Made by a program: the position numbers and the translations under genes | Assembly: GCA_907165135.1 (NCBI GenBank) | Contig: OU015568.1 | Location: forward strand, 4,774,001-4,838,000 | Direction of reading: 5' to 3' | Length of the DNA: 64,000 nt | Source: Oikopleura dioica | Taxonomy: Eukaryota; Animalia; Chordata | Part shown: in pieces, positions 34,056 to 47,705 of the stretch | Layout of the letters: each line of letters starts with the position of its first letter | Position numbering within the stretch: position 1 is the stretch's first letter | Notes under the pieces: generated by a model | Told to the model about the DNA's origin: nothing | The model's input: the letters and a program-made list of their open reading frames with translations, nothing else | The model's database searches: none

Positions 34056-34312
34056 GCCATGCCTGTATTCTAACTTGTAAATATGTTTAGTAAAGAAAGG
34101 TTCAGCTACTGTAAAACTCAAGCTCGTTACGAAATAAAAAATCAGACAAAATAATCTTGCTCTTTTTTTGCATTTTAGCAATTTCCATAAAATTTGGTTC
34201 AAATGAGCCCAGTTTATTCAGTTCAATAAAAAAGAAGGAAAAAATTAGGTCGAAAGAAAATTAAAGTTAAGATTAAGGTTAAGGTTAAGGAAACTAAGGT
34301 TTTTTATCGTTT

Positions 34313-37300
34313 TTAGACGCAATAATTAGCGGGAACTTCAAAAAGAACAGGAATTTCATTTGAAATACTATTTCCAATGACTCTTTGACCAATTAATCGA
34401 TCTCCTTCAAAATCAATTCGTTCGATAGCATAAGGACTTCCGTAGCCAGGGACGATAAAAATTGAGTTTTCGATCTGAATTGCAGATGCAGCAGAGCAAG
34501 CCTTAATTCAAATCCAAATCTCTGACAGCTTTAGAAACTTACGTTTTGAAGTTCGCCGATTTGTTTCCAAATGTCGTTTTCAAGAAGCCAAATTGCTTTT
34601 TGTCTTTCTGAGTCATCCGATGATGATTCCCATCCCCCGGCGAGCAAAAGATTCCCGCTTGGAAGGCCCATCAAAACATGAGAAAATGTTAAACTTTAAT
34701 AAGAATAATTAATAAATTATTTTTTCAATACTTTTTCGGGAAATCGGTTAAACGTGTCCAGCCCGAGTTACTAAGAGTCTCCACTTTTTTCCTTCCAACG
34801 CCTTCGTAATTTCCAACAGTAGTTGGATTTCCTTTATAAAAGCCAAGTTTTCCTTCCCAATGACGAAAACGTGAAGAGAAAATTTTGGTTGAATCTTCTC
34901 CCCCGAAAACTTCACATCGTTTCTCATGGGCCCAATCAAAGCAAATCAATGCTTTTTGTCCATCATCGATCGAAAGCGCCGCGGAGCCATACGAAAATTC
35001 GTTTATCAATCGAGTTTGCTGTTCTGTCCAAGTGCAGCCTTCCAGTTTCCCGATCTTGAGTCATTTATTCTAAAAATTCGAAATTTTCTTACATTTTGTC
35101 GACCCAACCATCCTCCAAAAATAAAGAGCTCGTTTTTGACAAGAGCATGCGGAGTGTCATGAAGATAATTATCGCTCGGAGCCACAATTGTCGCGTTATT
35201 GCTTGTTTTTCCATCCAATGAAATCGAAAATGCTTCTTTTAAGTTATCACCCATAACCAAAATTGCCTTTCCATAAAAGTATAAGTTTTTGATTTCCGCG
35301 CGATCGTCGAACTTGAAGGTCCGAAGTTTTTTCGTCTTCAAATTTTCAAGGCCGCTCATTTTCATCTTCGTACTTTGCAAAGAAGTTTCCATGAAACTTG
35401 ATGAGTTGAAATGAAACTCGAATTCCCACAATTGATTGATTTTCGTCTCCGAAAATGAGAAAGCTTCAAAATAATCAGAGTCAAACCAAACAGAATTATT
35501 TGAATAAACTCCAAAACTGAGAAAAGTAGATCCATCGAAGAAACTCAATTCAAGTATTTTAATTTCTTCAAAAATGCGCGATTTCTGCGGAAAGTTGATT
35601 TCGAATCCAAAATATTCTTTTTCATTGAATTTCATCTCAAGTGTTGAGATATGATTTAATTCTTCGAAGGAGGTAAAGAATTCATCCGGAATAATTGTTT
35701 TCAAAAAGATTGTTTTTGGAAACTCTCTCTGAGCAACAGCATTTTTGACAAAAGCAGGAAAGACGTCGTCGTGGAAGGCGAAATTCGGGTTACTCGTCAC
35801 GTGCATTTGCTTATCGTACTTTTGTTGAACAAATTCGATCTCGATTAGCTCTTTTGGAAGAATTTGTTATCTGATACAAAGTTAGTACACTATAAGTTAT
35901 AGTCTATAACTAAGCTAACGATTTCAATGGAAAAAGTAAAATCCTTTCCGAAAAGAAATTTGATTTCAAATGACACATCAAAAACGTAATTTTGAACAAA
36001 GATTCTTTCATCGTTGACGATTCCGTTTCCAAAATACTCGCACTCGTCCTTGTTTCTTCCTTCTTTATCTGTATAGTTCGGATCATAAGAAGCAAACATT
36101 CTCGAATAACAGACAGAATCTTGAGGTTCACCTTCGTATTGAACCAATGAACCGATCCATTCGCGACCGAGAGTCAGAAATTTGCCCTCAGCCTCCAGCA
36201 ACACAGAGAATAGTGTGTTTGAGAGCTTTATACTCCTTGTGACAAGAATCAAAATCAGATTCCCCAAATCGGTCTTATATGAGTTCAAACTTTTCAACCT
36301 GAAAAAACAAAGCACCATGCATTAAAATTTTTTATACGTTTAATTTTTGAAATTTTGAACCTATTTCAAAGGGAAAACATGGACTGGATCCAAATCCCTC
36401 AATTCTCGTGGTATTTGCATCTCGCCTTTTCTCCATCCTTTCTCGAGCTCTTCGTCTCTTCTTATTCTATTGAGGGCCCTTGTCGTCGACAATTTGATGT
36501 AGAAGTCGCCCATCCGAACACTCATCAAATAGAAAACTCCTTTGAAACTTGCCGAAGATACTTTCGTGTTGAAATGGTTGCTTGCGATGTAACCTTGACC
36601 TTCTTCGAATCGCTGCAAATTATAGTCGGGAGCGTAGTAGAAGCATTTTTCGTCCCTGCTAGTTGGGCGGCTTTTAACGGTCAAAATTCGCTGCTTTATA
36701 GACTTTGAATAATATTAAACTAACACAAAAAACAAGTTATATGAACAATTGACGAGAAAAGACCATTTACAAATGACAACGACTGGAAGCAGTTTGATTT
36801 CGTTCTCTCGATGGCGAATTTCAATTTGATGAGTACCGATTGAAGACCCAAAGTGAAAAACAAAAAAAACTCTTAAAAAGAGAAGTAAAACCCCATCGAA
36901 ATGAACAGCTTACATGTTTTTACGCCGATTCGAAATGAAGATCGGATCGATTCCGGATTCCTTAACTCTGAGCAAGTTTCCAAGAGCATCGACAAGATAA
37001 TGCTCCCCACTAAGAAAAATGGCACCGATCGACTTTCACGTTTTTGCCAAATATATACTTTTTCAGATGAAAGAAATTCTTCGAAAAAACGTTCATAAGA
37101 TAGCAGCGAATCCGAACCATTCAGTCGTTGAGAGTTGCCGTCAAAGTCAGCAAATAGAACTGAGAATTTCCCCTTTTCAAGGCTCTTTCGATCCTCCAAA
37201 CGATCTATTATAAGCTGAATATCACCATTTGAGCCTGTTATCGTTGAGTTTGAAATGGCGACGTTCGTCGACTTCTTTTCCAAATCAAAAACAGGTATAA

Positions 37301-38330
37301 GTTTCTGCCGCGACTCAAACTTCTCGCATTCGTAAAATGGACAAGGACACCCCTTCGGGCAGTATTCCTCGAATGGGCAGACTTTTCCGGCCGCATCGGA
37401 AGCTCTAGTCAGTTGAAAACACATCGATTCGCAAGGGGAGATCGGGTTTGTCCTTGTTGATTGCAAGACAAGAGTTTCGGAGCAGAGATGGCGGCAGATC
37501 TTCTGGTCGTAAAACTGTTTCTTCTGACAGCGAAGGAGATTGACTTCGTTCTCCTCTGCGGAAAAGTCAAGCGGTGCCGCTTGGACGTTTTCAATCTGAG
37601 AAACCGGTTCCGGGAGCAAAAATTCTTGAGTTTCGAAGCACTGCTTCATCAAATGTCCGCAGATATCCATTTCGGCCAGTCGAACACATTCCTTGTAATT
37701 TCGATTGCAAGTCGAAGTCAGAAATGTCGTAACCGCGCGGGATTTCTGAAGAGAATGCAGGTTCGCTAAAAATGAAGTTCGATCAATTTTAATTTTCATG
37801 AAAAATACCAAGAAGCATGACAGTAATCCAAAACAGGGAGCCAGAACTGAGATAGGAGCCCATTTGAAGCATTGTCGAAAATCCGTGCTTGGCAAAGCTC
37901 AGTTGCGCGGCCGCTTTTTTCTTCCATGTTTTCTCCTTTTTCAAATCTCGCTTTCGAGTGTGAATGCTTCGAGTGGTCAACACTTCTTCCGGAAATAAAT
38001 ATACTTTTTTCTCTGATTTTCTCAAGACACCCACACAATCGCAATCAAGACACTTTAAAAATAAGTCTTTTTCGTATCCAAAGTCTACTTACCTGAACTT
38101 TGGTCCGAAAAATCGGATTCTCTGTTTTCTCATCGACTTCTTCGATAACCATAGCGAGTGATCTCTGAAAAAGAAAAAGCTATTCTGAGGGAAAACCGAA
38201 AGAGCCTTCGCTTGTGAGAACCTTCGTCACGAGTGTTTGTCTGACAGTTGGACAGCTTGAACTCCCTTTTCGTTCCTTTTTGAATGTCATAAGCTCTGAT
38301 TTGCTTTTTTTCATCGCCGGTTTTTCGTTT
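34313..38330 (-). CDS. Large membrane-anchored/secreted protein with a Cys-rich domain and kelch-like beta-propeller repeats (Oikopleura-type expanded family)
   Basis: Hydrophobic anchor LSSGSLFWITVMLL, Cys-rich CPFEEYCPKGCPCPFYEC, and propeller-like blades (ALICFDW..KRCEVF, GWTRLTDFP, LLLAGG..IWLLENDIWKQIGEL), ending VLFEVPANYCV*. The 5' boundary is approximate. Confidence 0.6.
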
Positions 38331-39148
38331 GATTCAATTAAATTCAAAAAAAAAAAGCAAAGCTTCTTTAAAATCCCCCTAGAAGAGGCTCTAAGCTTTC
38401 TGTTGGTATATTATGAAGCATAGTTGAGCACTGATAATACTCAAAAAGCTTGAAACAAGAAGGATCAAAACACGCAATATTCAAATTTCTCAGGAATATA
38501 TTTTTATCGTCCTTATCTTGAATCCTAAATTAAAATTGAAAAAAATACAAATTAAATTGTTCTGCACGTGCCTCAACTCATTAAATAATCATACAACAAG
38601 AACTTTAAAATAAGACTTTCAGGCATGTATCTGTACATATTTTTCGAAAATGAAAATTACAAAAAACTTGCTGATTTTTGCGACTTTCGCGGTTCAACAT
38701 TTCGACGAAACTAATTCTCATCATGTGAAAGTTCATCACATGAATATTTACAAACGCAACGATTTTCAATACAAGTTTTATTGAAAAAAAAACAATAAAA
38801 TTCACAAAAGAAATGAATGTGTACAAAAATCAGGCTCTCAAAAAAGAAGAGCCATTAATTAATTCCAATCGCAGAAACCCTACTTCTCCATAAATTCGGA
38901 AAGCTTTCATCGACTCTATCGCAGGAAAAGTGAAAAACATCGCTGTACAAGTTATCAAGATAAACTCCAAAAAAAGCGTTGCAATCGTAAACATTCGGAT
39001 TAGAACCGTTTGGAGTGCAGTCGGGCGTGCCCTTAAAATAAAGTTCTATTTCAAGAAAGTGTTTTCTTACGATGTTACCTGATGGGAATAGAAACCAATA
39101 CAGGGCCAGATTATTTGGTCTTTTTCGGTTGTTCGGCTTTGTGTTAGC

Positions 39149-39870
39149 TCAATCTGAAAGTATTTTGAGAAATTTGAGAGAGGGCGTCACTGTAGAAGCC
39201 ACAATTTGAACCTGTAGGAATGTCTCTGGTTTGACCCCGTAGACTTGAAAATTAATCCTCGACGAATCGCCTCGATGATCATTGATCGTCTCCATCCAGT
39301 AAACCTTCCCTTCTTCGGGCTTATCCTCCTCGCAATTGACCAAAACAGACGCTGAGTTTCTGCATGTTTGCGAGATCTTCATCTCCCAGAAGATCACCAA
39401 GTCGAAGCCTTCCTGATTCGATAGTCCCTCAACGCCAAAGAACATCTTCTTGTTCGGGTATTTCATGTTTCTCTTGATAAGCGCTCCGCCACCGACGAAA
39501 ATTGCATCAGTCAGGAAGTTGATTTCAGTTTCGAGGCCTTGTTGGACGCTGATTGTGCAAGTTTTGTTGATCAAACTATCTTCAAATCTGAATGAGAAGC
39601 CCTTTGTGAAATTTTTGTAAAAAAAAATATTTTTTTTGCAAAAATTTGTAAAAAAAAATATTTTTTTTTGCAAAAATTTGTGAAAAAAATTATTTTTTTT
39701 TTGCAAAAATTTTCCGAAAAATCGCTGAAAAACCTCATGTAAGTTCCACACTCATCGCCATTTTGCCAGTCTCTCGCCTCCAGCACGTTCGTGTTCGCAA
39801 CCTGTATGATTGCTCCTTCAACTTTTTCCATGTAGTTATTCTGAATCCACTGTAGATCGAATCTCGCATC
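39149..39870 (-). CDS. Secreted CUB-like/beta-sandwich protein (at least 2 exons; 5' end unresolved)
   Basis: Exon ...WQNGDECGTY, intron with a minisatellite, exon FEDSLINKTCTISVQQG...C..ASV...INFQV...FLQVQIVA. Confidence 0.45.
39605..39715. repeat. Self-complementary AT-rich minisatellite (~31-bp unit, about 3.5 copies) in an intron
   Basis: Repeats of AAAATTTGTAAAAAAAAATATTTTTTTTTGC. Confidence 0.8.
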
Positions 39871-40158
39871 AATCTCTTTTGTTAAAAAAATATAGAAAAA
39901 TGACATTTTCAAAAACATGGCGGTGAAGTAAGAGCAAAAATAGACCGCGCTTCATTTTTAAACGCAAGTTTCTTTCTAAAAAAGGAAATCTAGGTCAGGT
40001 ACAGATGTGCAGAGTTTTTTCTTTAGAATCTAAAGTTTAGATCATATTTTGATAAGAGGATTAAAACTAAATATGGTATGAACGTGCGGAAGCTTTTTAT
40101 ATCTTTTTCCCGTTTATTTGCTTATAAGCGTTTTCTTAACAGTTAGTATCGAAGGTGG

Positions 40159-40330
40159 GCTCGGCAACCTGTGTAGAAAACCTGCGTCAGGTTCTGAAAA
40201 GGTCAAAGCCGCAAACACCATTTCTATTTTTTAAGTTGGCTAGGCAGCTTCTTTTAAAAATAAGCCGCTTTTGGCTTTTCATTTGACTTCTTCAGAGCCT
40301 GACTGAGACTTTCTACACAGGATGCCGAGC
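40159..40330. mobile_element. MITE family A
   Basis: GCTCGGCAACCTGTGTAGAAAACCTG ... CTTTCTACACAGGATGCCGAGC. Confidence 0.8.
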
Positions 40331-40948
40331 TCGGAATCAGAGATAATGAGAAAGTAGTCGATTGTGAACACACAGGTCTGTAAAACTGGTTATTCCAGTC
40401 ATTTTCCTTTGCCAAAATATTTTGGAATTCTATTTTGCGTAAAAGGTCAATTCGTGTTGCCCGCTGCGAAGTTCGAAAATAAGCGCGAAAGAAGCCACTT
40501 GGTCGGAAATTTGAAAAAGGATTTGAACTTTACATTTCACAATTGATCTTTTTCCATAAACTTGAAAAAGCGAAGGATTAGCGTTTTTAAATTATGCGCG
40601 GTTGAAAAGTTGCGCAACCGGTACTTCCCGGTGCTCCACTTATCGGCTCCGCTTTGTGTCGAGAAGAAGGCACAACAGAAATTTGAACAAATTAAGGTGC
40701 CGATAAGGCGGCTCAAGAAAGACACGAGCTGTTTGGCATTCTTATCGATACAAGTGTCTTCGTAAGAAATTGAAAAAGCTAGACAAATATCAATTTTCTT
40801 GCTAAATTTTTCAATTTTCATTAAAATAGAGTCTTCTGTAATGGCCTTTGCTTTGTTAAGATTAAAAAAACGGAAGTAAATTGCGAATATTATCGAGAGT
40901 TTCCTGTAAGTAGTCGCATATCAAATAAGCTAGTCAATTTTTTGAGCC

Positions 40949-41311
40949 ATGACGAAAATTGTCCACTTGATGCGATCCATCATTGGAATCTTCAACGAGC
41001 ACGCTGGTGAGGACAACTTGCTCGACAAGGAAGAATTGAAGGCAATGATGGGACAAGGTATTGATAATCATAAAGCTTATTTTTCTAAATGATTCTATCA
41101 AGAGCTCCCTGAGGTGTTTTCTTCTGAGGCAAGGGTGAATGAGCTCGTTGCCCATATCGATAAGGATTTCGACGGGAAGATCAGCTTCGACGAGTTCATC
41201 AAATCGATGGCCTACATCTGCAACCTGGTCAAGGTCGACAACGAGGCCTCTACTGACGGCAATAACGGTAGCAGCGAGGGCAGCAGCTACAGCGGCTACG
41301 GCGGCTACTAG
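40949..41311 (+). CDS. S100-like calcium-binding protein, 105 aa, with Gly/Ser/Tyr tail
   Basis: Exons 40949-41057 and 41103-41311 give MTKIVHLMRSIIGIFNEHAGEDNLLDKEELKAMMGQELPEVFSSEARVNELVAHIDKDFDGKISFDEFIKSMAYIC..., with S100 helix I/hinge pattern and canonical EF loop DKDFDGKISFDE. Confidence 0.8.
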
Positions 41312-41999
41312 AAAAATTGCAATGGCACGCGAATAAATTATTCGGAATAACTCATAAGGTAAACTGTCTACACAATCTGTACAATGCTAAATAAGATTTC
41401 CGTCTACAATTACTAATTGCCAATTTGAAAACTTATTCTTATTCGTGCCAATAAAAAAAAAACTCTTAATCTCTCTCTTTTTTGATAATTATTTTTGGAT
41501 AAATAACCGGAAGTTATTACAGTTTCCTTTCCTATCTTTTGATATATTCTCTGTCAGAGACCTAGTAAAGATTAGCCTTGGATGCTTTATTAAAAGTTGT
41601 AACAGGGAAATTTCCCTGGAATAATATATTCTCCACCTGAAATACAAAACAAGCAGGTGTCTGGCGGGGTCAGAGTTGGCCCTTCTTCCACCCTCGGCTG
41701 ATCTGAGAAAACCATGTTTCGGCTCGCTCCCTTCAATCAGCTGTCCGCCCCTCTCGTCCGAGAAAATGCATGTCAACCCGGTTGTATGAAAACATGATTC
41801 GTGGAAAATGACTATTTTCAAAACAGGTGTCAAGAATGGGCTCAAGAATTTTATCCGCTGAGAGAATCGGACATGACGATTTTGACAGGAGTAAACAGCG
41901 TTCTGATTGATAGAAGACTGATATACAGTCAGTTTTGTTTTGAAGACTTTTGAATAAAGGCTTCTGAATAAGTTTCAATAAGAAATCATGTTCTGAGTG

Positions 42000-42100
42000 T
42001 GATTTTGGCTCAAAAACCTGTGTGAAAACCTGAGTCAGGATCCTAATAGACTTTTAAGATCCTGACTCAGGTTTTTACACAGGTTTTTGAGGCAAAATCA
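42000..42100. mobile_element. MITE family A, near-perfect hairpin copy
   Basis: About 43-bp arms TGATTTTGGCTCAAAAACCTGTGTGAAAACCTGAGTCAGGATC and reverse complement, 16-nt loop. Confidence 0.85.
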
Positions 42101-42527
42101 AATCCATTAAACCAGAAAACTTTGCGTTTAGATAGAGATCTGGACAAACTTCTCCAAAATAATTTGAGGTCATCACGTGATTCAGTCGCGAAGAGGAGCA
42201 GGAGCAGGATCTTTTATCAATTGAACCCATCGGTACTCAAAATGGCCCAAAATCGAAAAAAACATTGTTTCTTGCTTCAATCTCGACAGGTTTAGGGTTA
42301 CACGTGTTATGCAAATTTGCAAGAATTAGGCATAGATTCTAAGGCGTCGATTTTTATTGGCGCAAGTCAAATTTTTAAAACCCTTGCTCCTGGCAGGCGA
42401 TCAAAAGGGGATCAAGAGGATCCAAATCCAAGCCACAAATCAGATCAGCAGTAAATATTTGAAACGCAATTTTTTTTGTCTTGCTGATTTGCTTGATTGA
42501 GGCTACTCTAGAATTAGTATCGGCTAT

Positions 42528-42691
42528 CTGTGCGAAAAACCTGAGTCAGGATCGGAAAATGAGAAAAATGACCAAATCAATTTGTTAAATAAATTCTGGC
42601 GAAGCCGCTTTAGGGCTTCGTTTTAAAAAAAGCCGCTGCGCGGCTTTTCAATTAACCTATTTCAGGACCCTGACTTAGGCTTAATACACAG
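42528..42691. mobile_element. MITE family A (diverged)
   Basis: CTGTGCGAAAAACCTGAGTCAGG ... CCCTGACTTAGGCTTAATACACAG. Confidence 0.65.
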
Positions 42692-43289
42692 CCTAACTAC
42701 TCGAGCTCTAGAATTTTATGCATTTATTAACAGAAATGAGCCTTTATCCGTGTTCGTATCAAAAAAAAACCTTTCATTTTTCGATTTTCTGAAAAAGGAA
42801 TAAATTTCTCAAAAATCATGCGATTAAAATTTTCATAATCTCATCCCCTTACTAGCATATTAATCCATTTCTCATCCGCGGCTCAGCCAACAGGTACAAA
42901 TTTATCCCCTCCCCTGATCGATCCTCCCACCCTCCAGTCTATCCACCTCCCGCTGCGCCCGTCAATTCTGTATATTGCCAGTTACAGTTCTGCCAACAAC
43001 CAAGGTGTATTTTGCAGTTTTTAATATTGTTGGAAGGATATCATGCTGGTGCAGCTTTTGAGCTGTTTCCGGTCGTGTGCTTCAGGGTGTCCTAATATCC
43101 ATTTTGAGCGGGCTAATCGCCCGAGTATTTACGCTCTAAGCGTGAAACTAAGCAGCTCACTAGCTGACTAGATCAGGTCACTGTCAGGAACCGATACACT
43201 TTCTGCTTCCGGACAAAATAACAAATTCAGACGGATAAATCGGGCTCAAATTTTAATCTTACCAATTTTTCCACAAAAAATTTTTGCAC

Positions 43290-43330
43290 TCAGGGAGCCT
43301 GAGTCAGGTTTCTACACAGCCTTGCCAAGC
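43290..43330. mobile_element. MITE family A, solo arm
   Basis: CCTGAGTCAGGTTTCTACACAGCCTTGCCAAGC. Confidence 0.55.
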
Positions 43331-44024
43331 CCAGCCCCTTGGTCGACTCGAAAAATGCTTTTCCTGGGAAGTCAAAACGCCATAAAACGCAACAAGGGGC
43401 GTATATCAGATTTCGCAAATATAACCATTTCCTGAAAAAGCAGAAATCTGAGCCGGGTTCCCAAGTGCTTCGCAAACTCAAGTGATTGCAATATTCAACG
43501 GTTCGTTACGCAGATACCATATGTTGCTACTTAGCGATCTACAGATCCGTGGGAGGGGTTTTCTTGCAAAATAAAACTTTTTCCTGGAGCTTCAAAAATG
43601 ATCAATTATTTTTATTCAGATTCAAAATTGATCAAAAAATATTTTTACTGATCAATGCACATTCCGCTGACTAACAAATTCATCCCTTTTCAAAGATCCA
43701 AAACCGCCTATAAACCCCACTAATGGATCTCCAACCGCGGCACCGGAATTTCAAAGAAGGCCGGCGCGAGGAATCCATTACCGGCCTGATCAAAAATTTT
43801 TCATTGTCCTCCTTTTTTGACAAATAATCATGTGGTCACGACCGGGGACAAGAGACACTGGACTTGAAGTTTTTCATCCTAATTGATTCGGAAACATGGG
43901 GGCGAAGGTTGAAAAGAGAATTTCAAGGGACGTGAAATTTATGGGCTTCCGACTTTTTCAACTTGACGATTTGCATTTTTAATTGATTGATTCATGGACT
44001 TTTGGATCTGAAACTGGTCTCGGA

Positions 44025-44147
44025 AATCTGTGTGGAAACCTGAGTCAGGGTTCTGAATTTGAAAAATGATGTTTTTTTTTGGCGAAGCTTTGCGGCTATT
44101 TCTTATAGTTCATTTAGTAAACCCTGACTCAGGTTTCAACACAGGTT
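44025..44147. mobile_element. MITE family A
   Basis: AATCTGTGTGGAAACCTGAGTCAGGGTT ... AACCCTGACTCAGGTTTCAACACAGGTT. Confidence 0.8.
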
Positions 44148-45594
44148 GAAAGGAGATTTTTTCATGGGGAGGAAGAAATCCTGTGTTTTCGATTATTTGA
44201 AAAATGTGTCACGCACTTTTCAAAGTCAGAAAGACGCGAATTTGGGAAAGAAAATCTGTCAATAGGATCTGATTTTGGCTGATGTATGGGAAAATGGCGA
44301 GGTCAGGCTGGAGATGCGTCCAAATGTGTGTGTGCTGATTTTGAATGCGCCCAGCAGTTGCTGTCGAGTGGCTCAGTGGGAGCTCAACCCTTATGGATCA
44401 CGCGAGCAGATAAGGACACCCCTCGATCTCATCGCCAAAAATCAGCCTAGTTTAGGGGTCGAGATTTGACAGGTGATTGTATATTACGCAAATAGAGGTG
44501 ATAGAGGAGTACCCTACTTAGCGATTTTTGGCCAATTTTCGAGGCATTTTGAATTAAGGGTGTCATTCCACTAAAATGAAAATAAGCAATTTTAGCGAGA
44601 ATCTTTCATTTTCGCATCCTTTTTGAGCCAAAAAAAGACTTGTCTCAATCTAAATGACCCTTCTTTCGGAAGACTCTTATATTCAAAGAAGGTATATTTT
44701 ATCTGGAGATAATCCAGTTGTCAGTATCGATCCCTGACTGACCTAATTAGTGCTCTAATGTTTCCTTCATTTTCCATCTGCCGCCGCGGCGCGCTTTCAT
44801 CTTCAAACCTCGCGCCAAATTTACTTAGTTCCTCATTTGTCGATTCCTCTTTTTTCTTCTTCTCGATATCGATACGGTTAACTGTTACTTATTGAAGGAC
44901 TGTAGCTGTTACCCAGTTAGAGCTTGAGAAAGTTGAGTTTGTTTGTTGAGCCAATTCATAAAGTTGTTATTTGCGCCTAATCCGCGCGAAAGTTGATCAA
45001 GACAGCGATTTTGTTTTCCCATAAATTTGTTATGTTCGTCGAGTGATACAAATAGAAGGGAAAATGAACCCCAAGGAGTGTAACATTGGAATGGAAAATC
45101 TTATCTCCAAAAGGCTAAGACCTCGGCCTAAAAAACGTACGGTAATTTTCGTGAAAACTCATGAAAATTTTAATTTTCGTGAAAACTCATGAAAATCTTT
45201 ACTTTAAATATTTTCAAAAAAGTGACTGAAAATGAGTCTTATCAGATCATAATTGTTAATTCATTAGGAGAAGCGATAGAAATTTGACAAGTTAACTAAA
45301 CAAATTAACGCTCAAAGAGCCCCAACAGATTTCAACCCGCACCTGCTTCGGTACTCGTTAGGCGTCCGATAACCCACTGTCCTGTGAAGCTATCTTGGAG
45401 GGCGCTGTCGACGCTTTTTTGGTGGACAATTCAAAATTTGCGCTCGCGCGCGCCTCGGCGCTCGGACTACTTCTACCAAGTGCTGAGACCTAAGCCAGTC
45501 ACTCAAATTGTAATCTCAAATTAATTCGAACCGAGAAATTTTTCACTTATCAAAAAACTCAAAAAACCAAAAGCAAAACTCACCAGCAGCAAAA

Positions 45595-46707
45595 ATGCAC
45601 GAAGTCAAGCGCACATCAAGCTTCAGGATGCCAATGACGATCCAAAGAAAGAGACCAAAAAACACGATGAGGGACTATGATTCGCAGACAGCAATGCCTC
45701 TCAAGTCTCAAGGATGGAGAGGATCAGTCGGTAAGTAAAGAGATTTTGAGTTTCGAGCCGAAAATTCGGACATTTTTTTTTGAAATTTTCAAAATATTTG
45801 ATCGATTTCTAACCATTTTTCTTCAGAAGTCATCTCCGACGTCGAACTCACCGTTTCCGACACTGAAATGTGCTCCACCTCGAACCGCCGCCGCAAAGTC
45901 ATTCCCAAGTACATCTCCGGCTTCGTCTACAGATCTTCTCCGGTCACTTCCGAGCAGAGCACTTGGGACGGGTCTTCCACGAAGTGGCGGAAGTATTACG
46001 CGGTGACAAGTGGCTCCATTATCGCCATTTCCGATCCGACTTCTTTCATGCTTCAAGAAAAGATCAAGCTCAACAAGGCGATGATCAAGGAGTGCCGCCT
46101 CCGTGGACGCGGCGTGCTCTTCATTCAGCTTCAAAACGAGGAAACCGGCTTTCTTCTTCGGTAAGTCAACTTTTTCACCACTTTTTTCTTAGGGAAATTC
46201 TCAGTATCAGACCTTTCCCTAACCCTCTTTTTCAGGTTCAAAGATCGAATCGAGCGCCGAAACTGGTACCAAGTCCTTCACTCGACTTCTACCCCAGCTC
46301 ACGCCCTCAACATCACCTCCGCTTACCCAGCTGCGATCAAGGAAACCCCCACGATCCTCTACTCTGATCAGGAATCCTTCTCTTCCTCTGGCACGGAGTC
46401 TTACAACCCTCGAAAGCGGCTCAAAGTCGTCACCGCCAGCTACAACCACTCCCTCGCCAACTCCTCGACCATCAGCAGCAGCGTCAGAAACACCTCCCGT
46501 CACGTGATGAGCCCCCGCGCGATGAGCCACCTCGGCAACTTGGGAGAACGAGAACTGGACCAATCGTTGGACCAGCAGGAGAAGAGGAAATCAAGGAGGA
46601 GATCCGCCATCGACTTCATCAAGAACTTCAAGAGCAAGTTCGAAATCCTCAAGCCGACCGGTGGGAAATCATCGAGAAAGCAAAACAAGCGACTTTCTAT
46701 TAACTGA
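45595..46707 (+). CDS. PH-domain protein (3 exons)
   Basis: Exons join through GTAAGT..AG introns. PH-like SGFVYRSS...KWRKYYAVTSG...IKL...F|KDRIERRNWYQVL, then a Ser-rich/basic tail. Confidence 0.65.
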
Positions 46708-46877
46708 ATTACTGTGCTTTCAGGCTGATTACTGTATATATTCGCTCTTCCAACTTGTAAATAAATTTAAAAAATACGATAAATAATCGTTTCCGCTCAT
46801 TTTTTGCAAAAAAGCAAGTTTTAAAAATAAAAAAAATCGACTTTTGACCTTTATGCATTTCGCCTCAATTGTCCAAG

Positions 46878-47700
46878 TCAAGATCCAAGCACTTGATTAG
46901 AATTTTGATTGTGGCTAGCCGCTACTGTAGCTACAGCAGGAATTTCGCGTTTTGGCTTTTTGTAATTTGAATTCGTTATGCAATTTGGCCCGTTCGAGGT
47001 GTTAGCCAGAACGGGATGGGCTTGAATTTCGGGGAAAGATTCTTCGAACAGCTGATTCAAGCCTGGGCTGATATGGATCGCGAAGCTAGGAATTGAAGAT
47101 GAACTTTTTGATAAGCAAAAAATTTGATGAAAATTGAGCAAAATTTTTTGACCCCGTGATTTCCATGAATTCCTCCGCGGAAAACAGCCAAAAATTATTA
47201 AGGGTGTCAATGAGAAATCGCTTACTTTTATAACCCTTCGAGTGAGGTATAGAACCTTAAATTTAAGTGACTTAAATATATTTAAGGCAGCTGAAACCAT
47301 AAACTAACCTTTATCAAAACCCAATTTTCCTTCCTGTTCAAAATCTGTTCCTTTCATGTTTTTCTTTGATTTTCAATTTTGAAGAAATCAAGTTTATATT
47401 TTTATTTTTCTCCTTGACCTGCCCTTGTCTCAAAGATAAAAGGCTAGGATTAATATAAACTTGGGGGCTTCCCGGAAACGGACTGATCTCGGATTCGGGT
47501 TTGATCCGAGCTGGCCGAGCGCGAGACCGCAACAGCTGGGAACTGGGTGGAAGGGAGGATTTTATATTCGACTTTTATGGTGGATAAACTTGAATGGCAG
47601 TGGATAAGCGCTCTGATCTACGGGCGCTCAGATGGAATTGATCTTTTGCTGTTCTGTCTTCTTTGATGGGAAGAGCTTTTTTCGAAGATGATGCTTTTGG
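46878..47700 (-). CDS. Possible unknown gene (fragmentary exons)
   Basis: Protein-like open stretches at 46878-47110, 47450-47540 and 47600-47700; no recognisable domain. Confidence 0.2.
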
Positions 47701-47705
47701 CTCGA

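Noticed and set aside
43709-43830. TATAAA followed by a ~55-nt bulged hairpin and a T-run (candidate small RNA or pre-miRNA)
   Set aside because: The stem is only 6+3+4+4 bp with large one-sided bulges, the TATA spacing does not fit, and no family motif was recognised.
44368-44440. tRNA A-box-like GTGGCTCAGTGG
   Set aside because: No B-box and no cloverleaf.
45143-45200. 28-bp tandem duplication AATTTTCGTGAAAACTCATGAAAAT
   Set aside because: Simple local slippage duplication in non-coding DNA; no further structure.
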